Origin: Moniliella sp. 'wahieum'
Taxonomy: Eukaryota
Assembly: GCA_003971905.1 (NCBI GenBank)
Contig: RSEE01000039.1
Location: 1-64,000 of the forward strand
Reading direction: 5' to 3'
DNA length: 64,000 nt
Below, piece after piece: positions 50,420-62,482 of this stretch; the stretch's first letter is position 1; the number at the start of each line of letters is the position of its first letter. The notes under the pieces were generated by a model. That model worked only from the letters and a program-made list of their open reading frames with translations. It searched no databases and had not been told where the DNA came from. A program made the translations under genes and the position numbers.

Positions 50420-50873
50420 ATGAGCACACGTGCGCGCGCATCGGTATTTCTGCCTCGGCGCAAACAAGCCGACCTGGCGACCCCGCATCTCGAACAAAAG
50501 TTGGACCGGCTCCATACCTTGTCCAGTCGATGGAGCGGCTGGAAGAAACGTTGGCGCAACGCAAGCTCGATGACCTCACGCAAGATATGGCCCGCACTTC
50601 GCTTATTTCCAATCTTCCTTGCCCCTCTTGCGTGTCCCGCCGCGCATCCCCTCGTCTTCTCTTACCGGCCCGCTCCCCGTAGAGAGGGACCCTTTCTCTG
50701 CTCGTGCAAGGAGCGCTACCCAGAACCTGTACCGGCCCATGACGATCAAGCCATTTCCCGATGCAGATATGGCCCGGGTACATCCGCAGGTCGTACGCGC
50801 CGAACTGGAGGAAGTGGATCCTCCGCCAGATGGAGGGCCTTTTGGCGGGGCGGAGGAGGAGGCGAAGGATTGA
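50420..50873 (+). CDS. Small hypothetical protein with coiled-coil segment (probable intron ~50600-50681)
   Basis: MSTRARASVFLPRRKQ...LVQSMERLEETLAQRKLDDL...YRPMTIKPFPD...EEEAKD* across frames; pyrimidine tract ending in tag. No family recognised. Confidence 0.4.
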
Positions 50874-51294
50874 GTGTTTGATGAGGTACTAGCTCGGTTG
50901 GAAGCGGTGGGGTGATCCCCTTTCAGTGCCTCCCTCCCTCCCTTTCTTCCTTTTCTTCCCTCGTTTCCTCTCTCCACGCTACGCCACAAGCCTGTCCCGC
51001 ACCAAGTAACGCCCGATGCGTTTGTTGTACTCCTATGATCACACGATGCCATCTGTAAAAGCGGCGCACTACATCAGACCATAGGTGATATAGCCGTGGA
51101 GGGTGGCGATAGATCCTGTACGAGACTTCTGAAGAAGACAAGGCAGGGAAGCTAGGGTCTAGTATCTTGATGAAGTGCCTGATCGATGGGAGGACGGCGT
51201 GATGGCGGGACTGTAAAGACTAAGAGGGGCAGGCAATGCCATGTCAGCTGTAGTATCTGAATCAAATAACGAAATCGCGAAGGCAAAACAACAG

Positions 51295-51379
51295 GGGTTC
51301 GTGGTGTAGTGGTATCATGCCTCTTTAGGGTTCTAATACCTGGTAGAGGTGGTCCTCGGTTCGATCCCGGGCGGACCCC
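51295..51379 (+). tRNA. tRNA-Pro(AGG) with 13-nt intron
   Basis: Acceptor GGGTTCG/CGGACCC, C73, anticodon stem CCTCT/AGAGG, loop TT-AGG-G[ttctaatacctgg]T, T-loop TTCGATC, T7 terminator. Confidence 0.9.
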
Positions 51380-51540
51380 ATTTTTTTCGGATCCCACGTA
51401 GGTTGCGACGGCAGATGCGGTGGTTGTTTGCACAATTGACAGATGGAGTGGCCACTTTGGCTCCTACGCCGACACACGCTTCCTAGCCAGCCTGGTTGTG
51501 GGCAACTACCATGTCGCAGCGGTAGGGGAGGAAGACTGGG

Positions 51541-52560
51541 ATGGCTTGGACACCGTACACACCTGATGGACGCCTGCTTGGCGCGCCTCCCCCCGCCGAG
51601 CCCCCCGTGCTGGATACTACCTACTTGGCCCGTATTGTTCGACACACCCATGCTCACAACCGCGTGTTGGAGCGCATGCGCGCCCCTCCTTCCGGTCCGG
51701 CACCCCCCCAAGCACACGCGCCTGTTCCTCAGCACGAGCCCAGGCCGCCGGATGAGAAGAGGCGCGATCAGGAATCCCGCTTTGCCGCTGCTATGCACGC
51801 CAGCTTCTCCACCTCTACCTCCGATTCCTTCTCGGAGGACGACGGAGCGAGCAGGGGGGATCGAGCCGAGGTGCGGAGCCCGTCGCCTCCAGGTGAGGTG
51901 GAGCAAGTGATGGGGGGCACCAAGCGGAGACGCAGTCCTTCTTTGCCACGCAGCCAGCAGAGAAGCAGCGTCGCCACTCCCATCGGTCCAAGTCTACTCG
52001 TCATACTTCCTCCTCTTCATCACAGGAAAAGAAGCGGTCTAGTCTGCACCGGTCCCATTCTCATTCTCATCCTCATTCCCGTTCGCATTCGGGTTCTATT
52101 CTCATCCCCGTTCGCATTCGCATTCGGATTCTCATTCTCATTCTCACTCTCGTTCTCATCGCCCCCGCAGCCACAGCCACGCTGACTCCCGTTCCCATCG
52201 CCACACAAGCAAGGAACACGGCCTCGTGACACCAAGGAGCGCTCGTCGCGCCACAAGGAACGATCGCGCCGGTCCAAGGACGACAGCCACTCGCGTACCC
52301 ATCAGGACGAGGAGCACGCGCACGCGTCGCGTTCTCATGCTCCCCGGTCGGCGGCGGGGGAGAAGGAGGGGGTGGTCGGGCGTCGCATCGCTCCATCATC
52401 ATACGCACCGCAAGCACCATGGGGGCACGGGCCAAGCGAGCGGTCGCACGGTCGGCACCCCTCCTCGTCGCCCAAACCACTTGCATCGGTCGCGGGCGGA
52501 GGGAGCCGGAGGCGGGGGTCGTTGGGGCCGGAGAGGGGGAGGCCGAGGATGGATGAATGA
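51541..52560 (+). CDS. Arg/Ser/His-rich hypothetical nuclear protein (possible splicing-associated factor)
   Basis: N-terminal 'LDTTYLARIVRHTHAHNRVL' followed by RS/HS low-complexity coding repeats (ttctca/ttcgca)n; frameshifted. Confidence 0.45.
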
Positions 52561-52913
52561 GTACTGAGTGGGGCTGGCAGGGTTGCGGGGGTGTAGTTTG
52601 ACACGACTTGGATTAATTTGACGAGCGCTTCTGAAGGTTTGAACGCGAACGCTGCAACCTACTTGCGTTTGGCGCAGATTGAGGGCGGCGCTTACGTGTA
52701 CCGAGCGAAGGCCGCCGCAAGGGACCAGTCACTGGCTGTACGCTGGCTGCGCGTGAGCGCCACGGGTCCAGGCAATTGTGTTGAAGCGCCGGGGCAGCCC
52801 TCCAAGCGCGGCGCGCTCCTTCGAAGCTCGAAGCGGCCTGTCTAGGTGCCCGGCCTCGAGAAGAAAACCAGAGCCACCCGTCGGGACGCTGCTCCCATCC
52901 CATCCCCACCACC

Positions 52914-53926
52914 ATGTCCTCTCTTCGTGCCCGCTCTGCTCCCCGTCCCGAGTATGACGCGTCCACCACCGACGACCCACTCGCCGTGCTCGACGAAGCG
53001 CCTATCGGCACCAGCGGCATCGACCCTGCCGGTACGTTGGCCGTTTGTGCCTTGCGCGCGTTGCGTCCCAGTAGCAGTATGGATTGACCCTCTTGTGCTA
53101 TGCAGTCCAGCACGCCACCATCGAGCGCCTGAGTGCGCGTAGCCGCAAGATCGCCTATCGCTACCGCTTTGTCTCGCTTGTCCTGCTCCTCAGCACGTTT
53201 GTGCTCTACTTGACCCCCATTCCCTCCTACATCCTCGGCACCCACTCCCAGATGCACTACACCATGTTCCATGGCAAGCACACGGGTACACTCGATGACC
53301 TTCTCTACCTCCCCGCCCTGCCTTTCTACCTCTTCTTCCTCTGCGTGCAAGGAACGCTGCTCTACGCGCTGGCCTGGGAGATTGCCGACGCGATGGGTGT
53401 GCGCTTCGTGGTGAGCCGGAGGAAAAAGTTCGCGTTCCCTGCGCAACCGCATGCGTTTGGTACTGCGCCCGACTTTGTTGTGGAGACCTTGTCGACGATG
53501 AAGTGGGCACCGGGCAAGGCCGGTCCCGATGGCATTCGCCCACCGCAGGAACTAGTGGTCAAAACGGTGGCGCCGCGGGTGATGTATGTCTTTTTCCTCT
53601 GGATCCTTCTTTTGCCCCTTCCGCTTATGGTATTTGGTGCTGGCAGCAACAACAATGCTGCTTGGTGGTCCATCTCGGCCGGCGTGGGCCTCCTGACGTT
53701 CTTGTCGGAACGCTCGATCGCTGCTTCGGAGCGCCAGATTCACGAATTGAGGAGGTACGTCGTCCGCTTCTCTATAACCCTCCATTGTCTCTTACTGCTA
53801 CTGACTTGGCTCCTCGCGCAGCACGCAACTAAAACGACCGCCTTGTCCCCGCGCTCATCTCCTCCATGTAACCCAGGCGACAGAATCGTAATACCTTCTT
53901 GCTCTAAGCTTGCTGTTCCCAAGTAA
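52914..53926 (+). CDS. Hypothetical multi-pass membrane protein; introns ~53032-53105 and ~53755-53821; 3' end uncertain
   Basis: MSSLRARSAPRPEY..., gtacgt...ctgac/ttgac...cag introns, and about four hydrophobic segments in ORF 53084..53926. Confidence 0.6.
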
Positions 53927-54242
53927 CAGATGATCCCAGTCTATTAGGACGTGTGGCAGGCGCTGGGCCATGGGCAAAGGTCCCTGACTAGTTAGTGACT
54001 TGGCAGTATAAAGGGACTGGACGACGCAGAGCACCTGCTGGCCAGAGCTGATCTTCTCGATGGTTACCTTGAAGCTTGACGGGTTGTGTGGTCTGCCACA
54101 GAACAGAGATCGGTGCAACAGGAACGTGGTGGCGCCGACACCATTTGGTTTTGAAATTGGTCTTTCCAGCTGGGGTGTTGCCCAGCGCAAGTAATTAAAC
54201 GCCTCCCATCTGCATCACCGCCGCCCACCATCACACATAGCG

Positions 54243-55975
54243 ATGCATGGCAGCTGCTGTCCGCTGTGCGTTGACCACCCCGCTCTGGTGCACGAGGAGG
54301 GCAAGTCGGTGTGCCACGCATGCGGCTTCTTTCTCGAGCGCACCGAGTACGAGCCAGCGTTTGACGCCCAGTACGGCACGGGTACTCGCCAAGTCGCTCC
54401 TGTGGGCGGGGGGGCGTGCTGGCCTCGTCCCAGTTCCGCACGCGTAGCTGGGCGCGTACCCAGTACGTCTCTCGTTCCACCGATGCCGATGCTGCGACGC
54501 AAATCCGCCAGATCATCGGCCGCCTCGCTGCGCGTGTGCCGGCAGTGGGCGGATCGCTTTCGCCCGTGCTCCAGACGCAGGCGGAACGCATGGTGCTCGA
54601 GGTGCGTGCGCGGGCACGAAAGGTCAAGACGGCCTATCGTCTGTTTCGGACCGAATCTAGCACCGAAACTGAAGTCAATGCGGAGGAGTCGATTGTGGCC
54701 CGTTTGAGTGCCGCCGCGACGACGTCCTGTGCTACCGACAGCAGCCTGCCGCCCCAAGCCACGCAAGCCCTTGTTCATGCTAAGCTCTCGTGGGGCATTC
54801 AGGGTCACGGCAACGCGCTTGTTGCTGCCGCTGTATTCGCCCTGCTGTACCAGCACAACCACTGGGTTCCGCTTGACCCTTTGGCCGTAGTGGCTGAGAC
54901 GAGTGCATACAACATCCAGGCCAAGTATCTCCTCCTCACGTATATTTACCCTATTTTCCCCGTTCTGCCACGCTCGACCCGCGTACGGAGATTCCCGGGA
55001 TCGTTACCCGGCTGAAAACGGTGCAGGGTACGCTTTCGTCTCCAGCGCGAAAACGCACGCGTCGGGCGGCTTCTGGGCTCGCGTCGGCTCCGAGGTGGTG
55101 TGCTGGTACGGACCTAGCACGAGCCGAGTCGCTAGCTATGGACTTGGCGGAACTCTTTGGGTCCGGACTTGGTTCTTCGCCTGGCATGGAACCCGTTGCA
55201 TTTCGACGCGATCCTCTTACGTCCGCATTGAGTTGTCTCGGGCTCGCACTTGAAGTATGTCATGGTCATCCGCTCCAACGCGAGCCCATGACCGAGCTGA
55301 TGAACCTCCTCATCACCGCTCCTTCAGCCGAGTCGATTTCTTCGCTCTCCTCTCGGGCCCGGAGGAACGACGGTAACGTTCAGCGTACTGAAGGCAAGAA
55401 ATCGCAGCTGCTACTCCGCTCGCTTCGCGCAGCTGCCGTGGGACTGCCTTGGGTGCATCCGACGCCTGCGCGGCTCGGGTCCAAACGGACCAAGGTGCGC
55501 GGTCGTGATTCGTTCTGGGACAAACCCAAACCGAGCCGGCCAGCTGCTGTGCCCATACCACCGATGGTACACTTTCGCTTTCGCTTTCGCGGTCCGATCT
55601 GATCCGGTACGCGCCAGCTATCGTCTCGGTTCGTCTCTCGGAACAGCGCGCGCGAGGACAAGTTCCGTCCATCTTGTCGGCTCCTTGTTTGCCCCCACGT
55701 CCGACCAGCCCGCAGCCCGCGCCCAAGCCGAGTGTTGCCTCGTTGCGCGGAATCACCAATTGGGCCGCGTTGGACAAGCTGCCCCCGACGAGCTGGACCA
55801 GGTCTTGTTCCAGCCCGAGTGAGATGGAAAGTTACCTACGCTCCGAAGAGGAACAGGAGGTCTACATGCAGCTATGGAGGAGCTGCTGGAAGCCGAACTA
55901 CCCGATGCCAAGGCTGATCCCGAGGAGAGTTGGTTGGTTTGCAAGAAGTTTCCCCTACCTGGCTCAGCGAACTAG
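54243..55975 (+). CDS. Divergent TFIIB/BRF-family protein (zinc ribbon, cyclin-fold-like region and BRF-like C-terminal motif), frameshifted
   Basis: CPLC...CHACG zinc ribbon; 'WGIQGHGNALVAAAVFALL...PLDPLA' cyclin-like helix; C-terminal 'DELDQVLF..EMESYLRSEEEQEVYMQLW'. Confidence 0.55.
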
Positions 55976-56060
55976 GGCCGCACGATGCGACATTGTTGGA
56001 CGACTATTAGATACCCCATGCCCTGTCCCAATGCGAGTCGTAGCCAACGAGATAGATGAT

Positions 56061-57894
56061 TCAGCCCAAGAAACCACGTACGGTCGTGCCAACCGAGGCC
56101 ACGTCGAGTCTAGAGTCCGGGTCAGCAGGGTACCCACCAAGGAGACAGGGGGGAAGGGAGGAAGTACATACAGGAAACTATCGTGGCCGTATGGCGCGTC
56201 GAGCTCGTAGTAGCTGACCCTGTCGTTTCCAATCATGCGGAGACATTCGGCGAGTTCACGTTGTTGGCCGACGGGGAAGAGCACATCAGACTGGACGCCA
56301 ATGACAAGGGTGGGTTTGGTACGCAAGTTGACCAGGCCGCGGGCCAAGGCAGGAACATACGCATGAGCAGGGGGGAGGTGATGGTGGAGATGTGTTGGCG
56401 GCGTGTACGCGCAGACGAAGAGCGGAGAGGGTTTGGTCCCATTCCTCGTCTTCATCCGCGTCGTCCTGCTCGGCTTGTCGTTGCATCTCCGCCACGGCTT
56501 GCTCCGATGGCATACCCTCTTCAATCTTGCGCCGCATTTCTTTTCGTCGTTCCAAGTCGCGCAGGACATAGTCGCTCATGTCAAACAAGTCCATCGCCTT
56601 GCTCACATAAATCAACGAATTCGCATCGTACTTTAAGCAGAACGATTCCCCTGGTGGTCGAGGTAGGTCTCAATCAAAAAGTCGGGGCACAGGGCCGGGT
56701 CCGCTTCAAACGGCGCCTCCTGCTCCGCAGCCGTGCCGCATCGGTGGCTGGGGTGGTCGAGATGGCAGGCAAGGCCGCCGGCGGGGAAACGTTTGGTTGG
56801 GCCGCGCGACGACGACGGCGACCAAACCGCTGCTCCCACTCCGGACCACTGCGATACGTAATTGTGGCCACTTGTCGTGCCAGCTTCATCCCTGTGTGGG
56901 GAGGATCTGGCCCGGACCATAGTTAGAAGCCTTGGTTCCAGTTGGGATCGGCCATGATCACGCTCCGTTGCGCATACCGCAGCGCTACGCTCGACGGTCC
57001 CCGATCGCGCACAGCCACTGATACTGATCACGCGTTCCACCCGCTCGGGGAAGAGGTGGGCTGCCGCAATACTTGCATGCCACCCATGCTACTGCCCACA
57101 CTTGCATACACCTTGCTGATCCCGAGGGAATCCAGAAGGAAGAACTGGGCTCGGACCATATCAAACAAGCTGAGGATGGGGAAGCGTGTGCCCCATGCGC
57201 CGGCGTCTGGGGACCCAGCGGCAGCAGGGTACGGGGAAGAGGGGCCGGTGCTGCCGTAGCAGCCGCCGAGGACGTTGGTGCAGATGACAAAGTATTTGTT
57301 AGTGTCCACGCCTTGCCTGGGCCCAGGAAGTCCCCCACCATCCTCGTGACGGTTGCTCGGTGGAGGCCGCATGCGAGCTGGCACTCAGGCCCGTGTGTAG
57401 CAGCACCACATTGTCGCGCGCCTCATTCAGCGTTCCCCACGTCTCGTACGCGATCTGGAACTGGGGCAGGATCCCGCCATAGTCCAGGCGGTAGGGCTCG
57501 GAATGGAGGTAGGTGCGGTAGCCCGAGTGGTTGGATGTGTAGGTGGGCTCCTTGTTGGGCGTCTGGGTCGTCGCATTTCACCCAGGACGGGATCGCGGTA
57601 CGCTGGGCCGGCGCGGGCGCTGTCGAAGAGTACGGGGCCCTGGGACCGCAGGCGCGCCTCCCTCTCGGCGTTGGCATCGACGCAGGGGAAGGACGGCGAG
57701 GCGGTGCCGGCGGTGCAGACGCCCAGCGGCGAGGGGACGGCGGACGCAACGCCATCGCCCGTCGGCGGCTTGCGCAGGCGGGCGTCGGGCAAGGCGGGCG
57801 CGCTAGCTGGGCGCGAGGCGATGTGCCGGCGGAGCAGCGACGACGCCGGCGTGGGCTCCCAGCGGACGCGGCCTAAGCGAGCCAAGGCAGACAT
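56061..57894 (-). CDS. Mitochondrial serine O-succinyl/acetyltransferase (Cys2/CysA-like, MetX alpha/beta-hydrolase family); terminal intron; frameshifts
   Basis: Arg-rich presequence, [85 protein letters not shown]. Confidence 0.88.
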
Positions 57895-58303
57895 GGCCCA
57901 CAAACAGAAGAGGCGCGACTAGACGGCGCCAAGCGCTGCGGAGGTGGCTGCCTGCCGCCTCCGGCCCGTGCGCTACAAGCAAAGCGGCTGGGCAGGAAAC
58001 GAGGATGGCGTGCTAGCGCTCGGCGCCACTGTGGCGCGCAGCCACGAACCAGCGGACTTAAAATGCACCCGAAATATTTTGGTCACCAGTCGCTCCCATC
58101 CAGCCAGACGTTCAGCGTGCACCAGTCACTAGTTCACCCATTGCAAATCATTGCTTCGGCCACTCCGGTCTCTGGCTCACCGCTCTGCACGTCATTAACC
58201 TTTCCGGTCCGCACCGTCCCACTGCCGTTCTTCTAGCTTGCTCTTTTGCTCTTCTTTTTCTTCCGGCTGGCCTACCTTTCCTCCCTCCCACCCCCCATCC
58301 ACC

Positions 58304-59041
58304 ATGGTCCACGCAGACGCTGCTTCCATCCCCGAGCACATCCGCACCAAGGAGGGCTTCTACGAGCACCTCTTCATCTCCATCGAAAGTCTGGTCGATG
58401 GCCAACGCAGCTGGGTGTCCAACCTAGCCAACGCCTCGAGTCTCATCTACTTTGGCCTCAACCGCTTCCAGCAGCGTCTGGCCGAACTCACCCCGGGCTA
58501 CGAAGCCAAGACGATCAACTGGGCTGGCTTCTACCTCCTTTCTCCCATCCTCGCCCCAGCTTCTCCCCGTGGCCAGGTCAAGCGGCCGACGCTGCTCCTG
58601 GGCCCCTTTTGCGGCCTACCCGCCTGCCAGCAGATCGCCTCCGTCCCGGGACGTGGGGTCTGTGCCGACGCAAGCGCTCTCCTTCCGCCGCGCACCGTGA
58701 TTGTGCCCAGTACCCATGCCTACCGTGCGTCCCCCCCCCCCACACCCCCCCCACCTGGGGCATTCAACTAACGTATTTTTGCAGCGGGCCACATTGCTTG
58801 TGACAGTGCCTCCTTGTCGGAAATCGTTGTGCCGGTTACTGTTTCGCGTAGTGCGCTGAGCAAGGCCCATCAGGCCGAGCTGGCCTCTGACCTGGTCGAC
58901 TGGCAGGGACGTGGAGATCAGGACGAGATCATCATTGGTGTTCTGGACATTGACTGTGAAGCCTTGGAAGGGTTTGACGAGGAGGACCGTAAGGGCCTGG
59001 AGCGTATTGCCCGCCTGCTTGCCAGCGCCTGCGACTGGTAA
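58304..59041 (+). CDS. Free methionine-R-sulfoxide reductase (GAF domain, YKL069W/fRMsr-like); intron ~58725-58784
   Basis: MVHAD, WVSNLANASSL, INWAGFY, LLLGPFCGLPACQ, GRGVC, GHIACD..S.SEIVVP, IGVLDIDC...FDEEDRKGLE. Confidence 0.92.
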
Positions 59042-59248
59042 CCAACTGTCGTCCCCATTATATACCCTCTACTGCCCCACTTGAGGTGGTGAAATGCACT
59101 TTGCCTTTTTCCCGTCTTCCTTTTCCACATAATCAGTCTCCTATAGATGGCTGCGGAAGACCTCGCCTGTACTGCATCTGTGACGACCAGAGTCTGTTTG
59201 CAGGAGGCAGAACCGTCGTTGGATTGATTCCAGCCTACTGGAGGAGAA

Positions 59249-60207
59249 TTACGCCTCCTTGGACGGAGCCACAATGGGGACGTGCGAGTAGGCCTTGCTG
59301 ACCTTGTCCCAGTCGAGGCTGTGCCAAAAGTTGACCAGGTAATCCTCTTTGCCCCAGATGCCGTAATCGGGGAGCCAACTGTGCTCGTGGAGCGAGATGC
59401 AGAAGAGAGGAGTGAGCTCCTGGCCTACCTTGGACTTGTCCCGCGCCGAGGCAAGACGAGCAAAGGGAACATAGTTGGCTTGGGGCTCGGCCGAGCCATA
59501 GGTGGCCGCGGGCGACGAGGGCGCAACCTCCTCTTCCTGCGGAGGGGTGTCAATCAAGGTCGCCTCAAAGTCGTGCAGGCCGCGCTTGCTCTGCTTGCTC
59601 ACTAGCAACGTCGACCGGCCCAGGTGGGAACAATGCCCAGACGGCCAGTTTGGTCGCGCACAAGCCACAGCCAGCCAGCTTGGGCCAGGCCCAAGGCAGC
59701 AGCACTGAACTGCGACTTGAACGCCGGAAGCGACTCGTAGTCCTGCTCGATCCGCGCACGCAGTTTCCCTGTGGGAATAGCAGGCACCTCACCTTCAGCC
59801 CTGCGTTTCTGCACGGGAGTGTTAGTGGGACGGCAGGAGGGGCGACCGGGGGGGGGGAGAAGACATACAAGGTTGTGAAGGAAAAAGGCGTTGTTGAGGG
59901 TGTCGGCGGCGTAGCCAAAAGCGTGGATGTACTTGGGGTTCTGGGCCGCGTCAATGGCCACATCGGCTATTGGGAGGTTCTCCATGTGGGTGCCCTGGAT
60001 CGACTGGTTGAGGCGGGTGATCAGGCCCTGGCGGTAGACGGTGCCGACGAGGTGGACAGCCTCGCGGCTGAGGAAGGGCGCGGCGCCACCGAGCTCGGGC
60101 GCGATCTGGGGCTGGTAGGGCGGGAGCGAGTGGAGGCGCGCCAGGAGGGGCGTCGAGGGCAGGCTGCTGCGTGCCTGCAGCACCGTCCGCCGGCTCAGAA
60201 ACGCCAT
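59249..60207 (-). CDS. SOD-fold mitochondrial small-subunit ribosomal protein (Mrp1/Rsm26-like), metal ligands absent
   Basis: Presequence MAFLSRR; 'LNNAFFLHNL', 'AGWLWLV', 'PLFCISLHEHSWLPDYGIWGKEDYLVNFWHSLDW'. Lacks the SOD HH and DxWEH ligands. Confidence 0.75.
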
Positions 60208-60582
60208 CGTGCTCGCAGTGATGTCCGCTCGCAGCGTTGCGGCGGGCCAAGAAGTTTTGGCCTCGGCCCCGCGCGGAACCAGCCGCCCCAGACGGCGGAA
60301 TGACAGGTGAGAAGTGGGTGTTGCGTCACGCGTCGCCGTCACCTGTCACCGTCACCCATCACGCCTCGCCCTTCAGACTCAGGCCGAACCTCAAGATGCT
60401 GCTCTTTTGTGGTTATCTCTGGCATACAGAACAAGGGCCAATGCTCCTCAGTGTTCTGCCACACGCACATCTGCCACCTACGTGGCTTCGGGATCGCAGA
60501 TGGAGTTGAGAAAGCAAGTAGGAAAACTGCTTGGGATTGTCCGCATTCCTGTTACTGGGATCCCCAAAACACTTATAACAGC

Positions 60583-60665
60583 GGGTTCGTGGTGTAGTGG
60601 TATCATGCCTCTTTAGGGTGTTTCACTCATAGAGGTGGTCCTCGGTTCGATCCCGGGCGGACCCC
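60583..60665 (+). tRNA. tRNA-Pro(AGG) with 11-nt intron
   Basis: Exons identical to the 51295 copy; intron tgtttcactca; T5 terminator. Confidence 0.9.
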
Positions 60666-61124
60666 TTTTTGGTCTACTTGCAAAAAACGGCCCTTCTCAC
60701 GATGCAATCCACCGTTTGCCCCCTTCACACTTCTTGAGTGAGAAGACGATGGATGGCTGGAACGAGAAACCATGCCTGTCTACTCGCTGCATTTCGCCGT
60801 CATCAATGCGTCACTCATCAGCACCACGTGACTCTTCACAGAAGGACAACGGCAGCGTAGCGATATGCATAAAGCACTTGAAGCTTGAGGGTTGAAGTTG
60901 AAAGAAACTTGAAGCTGGAAGCGGGAAGCCGGACCCGGGGACCAGCAATATTTCAAGCCGATGGGGTCGGAAAAAAAAATGGGCGTGGTGCGAAGCTCGA
61001 GGACGGATGAAGATGAAAGTGTCCAGGGAAGAACGGCAGTGCCACCAACCACAACTGCCTAGCCAGCCTCCCACGCCCACGTCCCTCTACTCCCCCACGT
61101 CCCATCTCTCCTTTCTACGCCGCC

Positions 61125-62143
61125 ATGCCCCACCCCCGACCCTCTCTCCTGGGGATGAGGAGCGCCCCCTCCCCCCTGCGCGCTGTACGGCCTACCCCCC
61201 CGCTCCCCTGTCTTGCAGCGCGTGCGGCCGCTGGCGCCTGCCGGCACGCCTCGATGCTCTTCCTGGCGTGCCTTTCTCAAAGCGTACAAGAGCGGCAACT
61301 TGGGCATCCCCAAACCCAACATCAAGAAGATCGACCAGCGCAAAACCAAGCTGGCACGGGTCAAGACCAACAAGGAAGCGTCCCAAATGCGTTTCCCCAA
61401 GCTGAATGCCGCTCAGCGCCTGATCAAGCGATGGGAAGCCCCGCTGCGCGCTGTCACGGCGCCCACGGCCGAAGGCCCCACCCGGCCCAGATCATGGCCA
61501 TGCAGCCAGTGGTGGAGAGCGATGGCTCGGCGTTACGGTCCAAGGGGGCGATTGTGCGTGTGTACCGCAAGGGTCTTGGTCCATGGCGAATGCGCGAACA
61601 AGTGGGGTCCAAGTACGTGCATCTCAGTAAGCCACTGGGGAAGGATGGAACGATTCATGTGCACCTGGATGCGTTCCGGATTGCGTTTGTCAATGTACCT
61701 AGCAACGAGCAACCGACGCTCAACTTTGGTCGTCCTGACGCGGAGAAGCCGATGCACCAAGCTGCTCGTGGCGTGGTTGCCATCCACCGAAAAGACCGAG
61801 GATTGATGTTGGTGCCCATGATCTTTCTCCCATCCAATCGGTCCATTGAGCAGATCCGGATCCTCCCCCGATCCTACCCAATGGGGAAAAAGTACCTGAC
61901 GGGTCAGACCTGCGCAACTCGACCAACCTACTGAGGAAATGGGCGCCGTACAAGTTCCACTATGCACGGCGAGGCAAGCACTCGCTCGCACTCACCGTCG
62001 ACCTCAACACCTGGTTCGACGAGATTGGGCTGCACGAGGAGTTCTGTACCGACGTCATCGCCCTGTTGGAGTGGAAACGGCATGCGGAGAGCGTGACGTG
62101 GATGCGGCGACTGATCAAGTTCCTCGGCGTAACCGGGAACTAA
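61125..62143 (+). CDS. Hypothetical basic protein with mitochondrial-presequence-like N-terminus (frameshifted)
   Basis: Overlapping ORFs 61125..61934 and 61213..61806, plus a third-frame tail 'DLRNSTNLLRKWAPYKFHY...KFLGVTGN*' ending at 62143. No family recognised. Confidence 0.45.
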
Positions 62144-62482
62144 CTGGTACCCACGCTATGTATACCCCCCCCCCCTCCCACGCCACTCTCCTTCTTCCTG
62201 GTCGAGTTAGATGCAGCGTGAGAGATGCGGCGGTTGGTGATCACGTTCGGCAGCTGTGCCAAGTAGGGGTGAACGTAAATATTCCAACAGATCGCATCCC
62301 ATGCCCACCATCTACATACGCGGACGCACATTCGCAGACACGTCTGTCTCGAGTAAGGAAGAAAGGGTAGATTGTACAAACAAGCTTTGAGCCGGGACGA
62401 GGAGGACGGTCGGAGAGAAGTAACAACTTGACGCATAAGAGGGGGAGGAGGACCGCGCGGGCGTCTGCAAGGTGCTGGTTAG

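Noticed and set aside
51295..51379. Possible suppressor (TTA) or Leu (TAG) anticodon in 'ctctttaggg'
   Set aside because: The stem CCTCT/AGAGG fixes positions 34-36 as AGG, and C73 fits Pro.
56061..57894. MET2 homoserine O-acetyltransferase
   Set aside because: Mitochondrial presequence and the [12 protein letters not shown] / FLIETYLDH motifs fit the Cys2/CysA paralogue better.
59249..60207. Fe/Mn superoxide dismutase
   Set aside because: Metal-ligand motifs are missing (SLHEHSW instead of DxWEHAY); fits the mitoribosomal Mrp1-like family.
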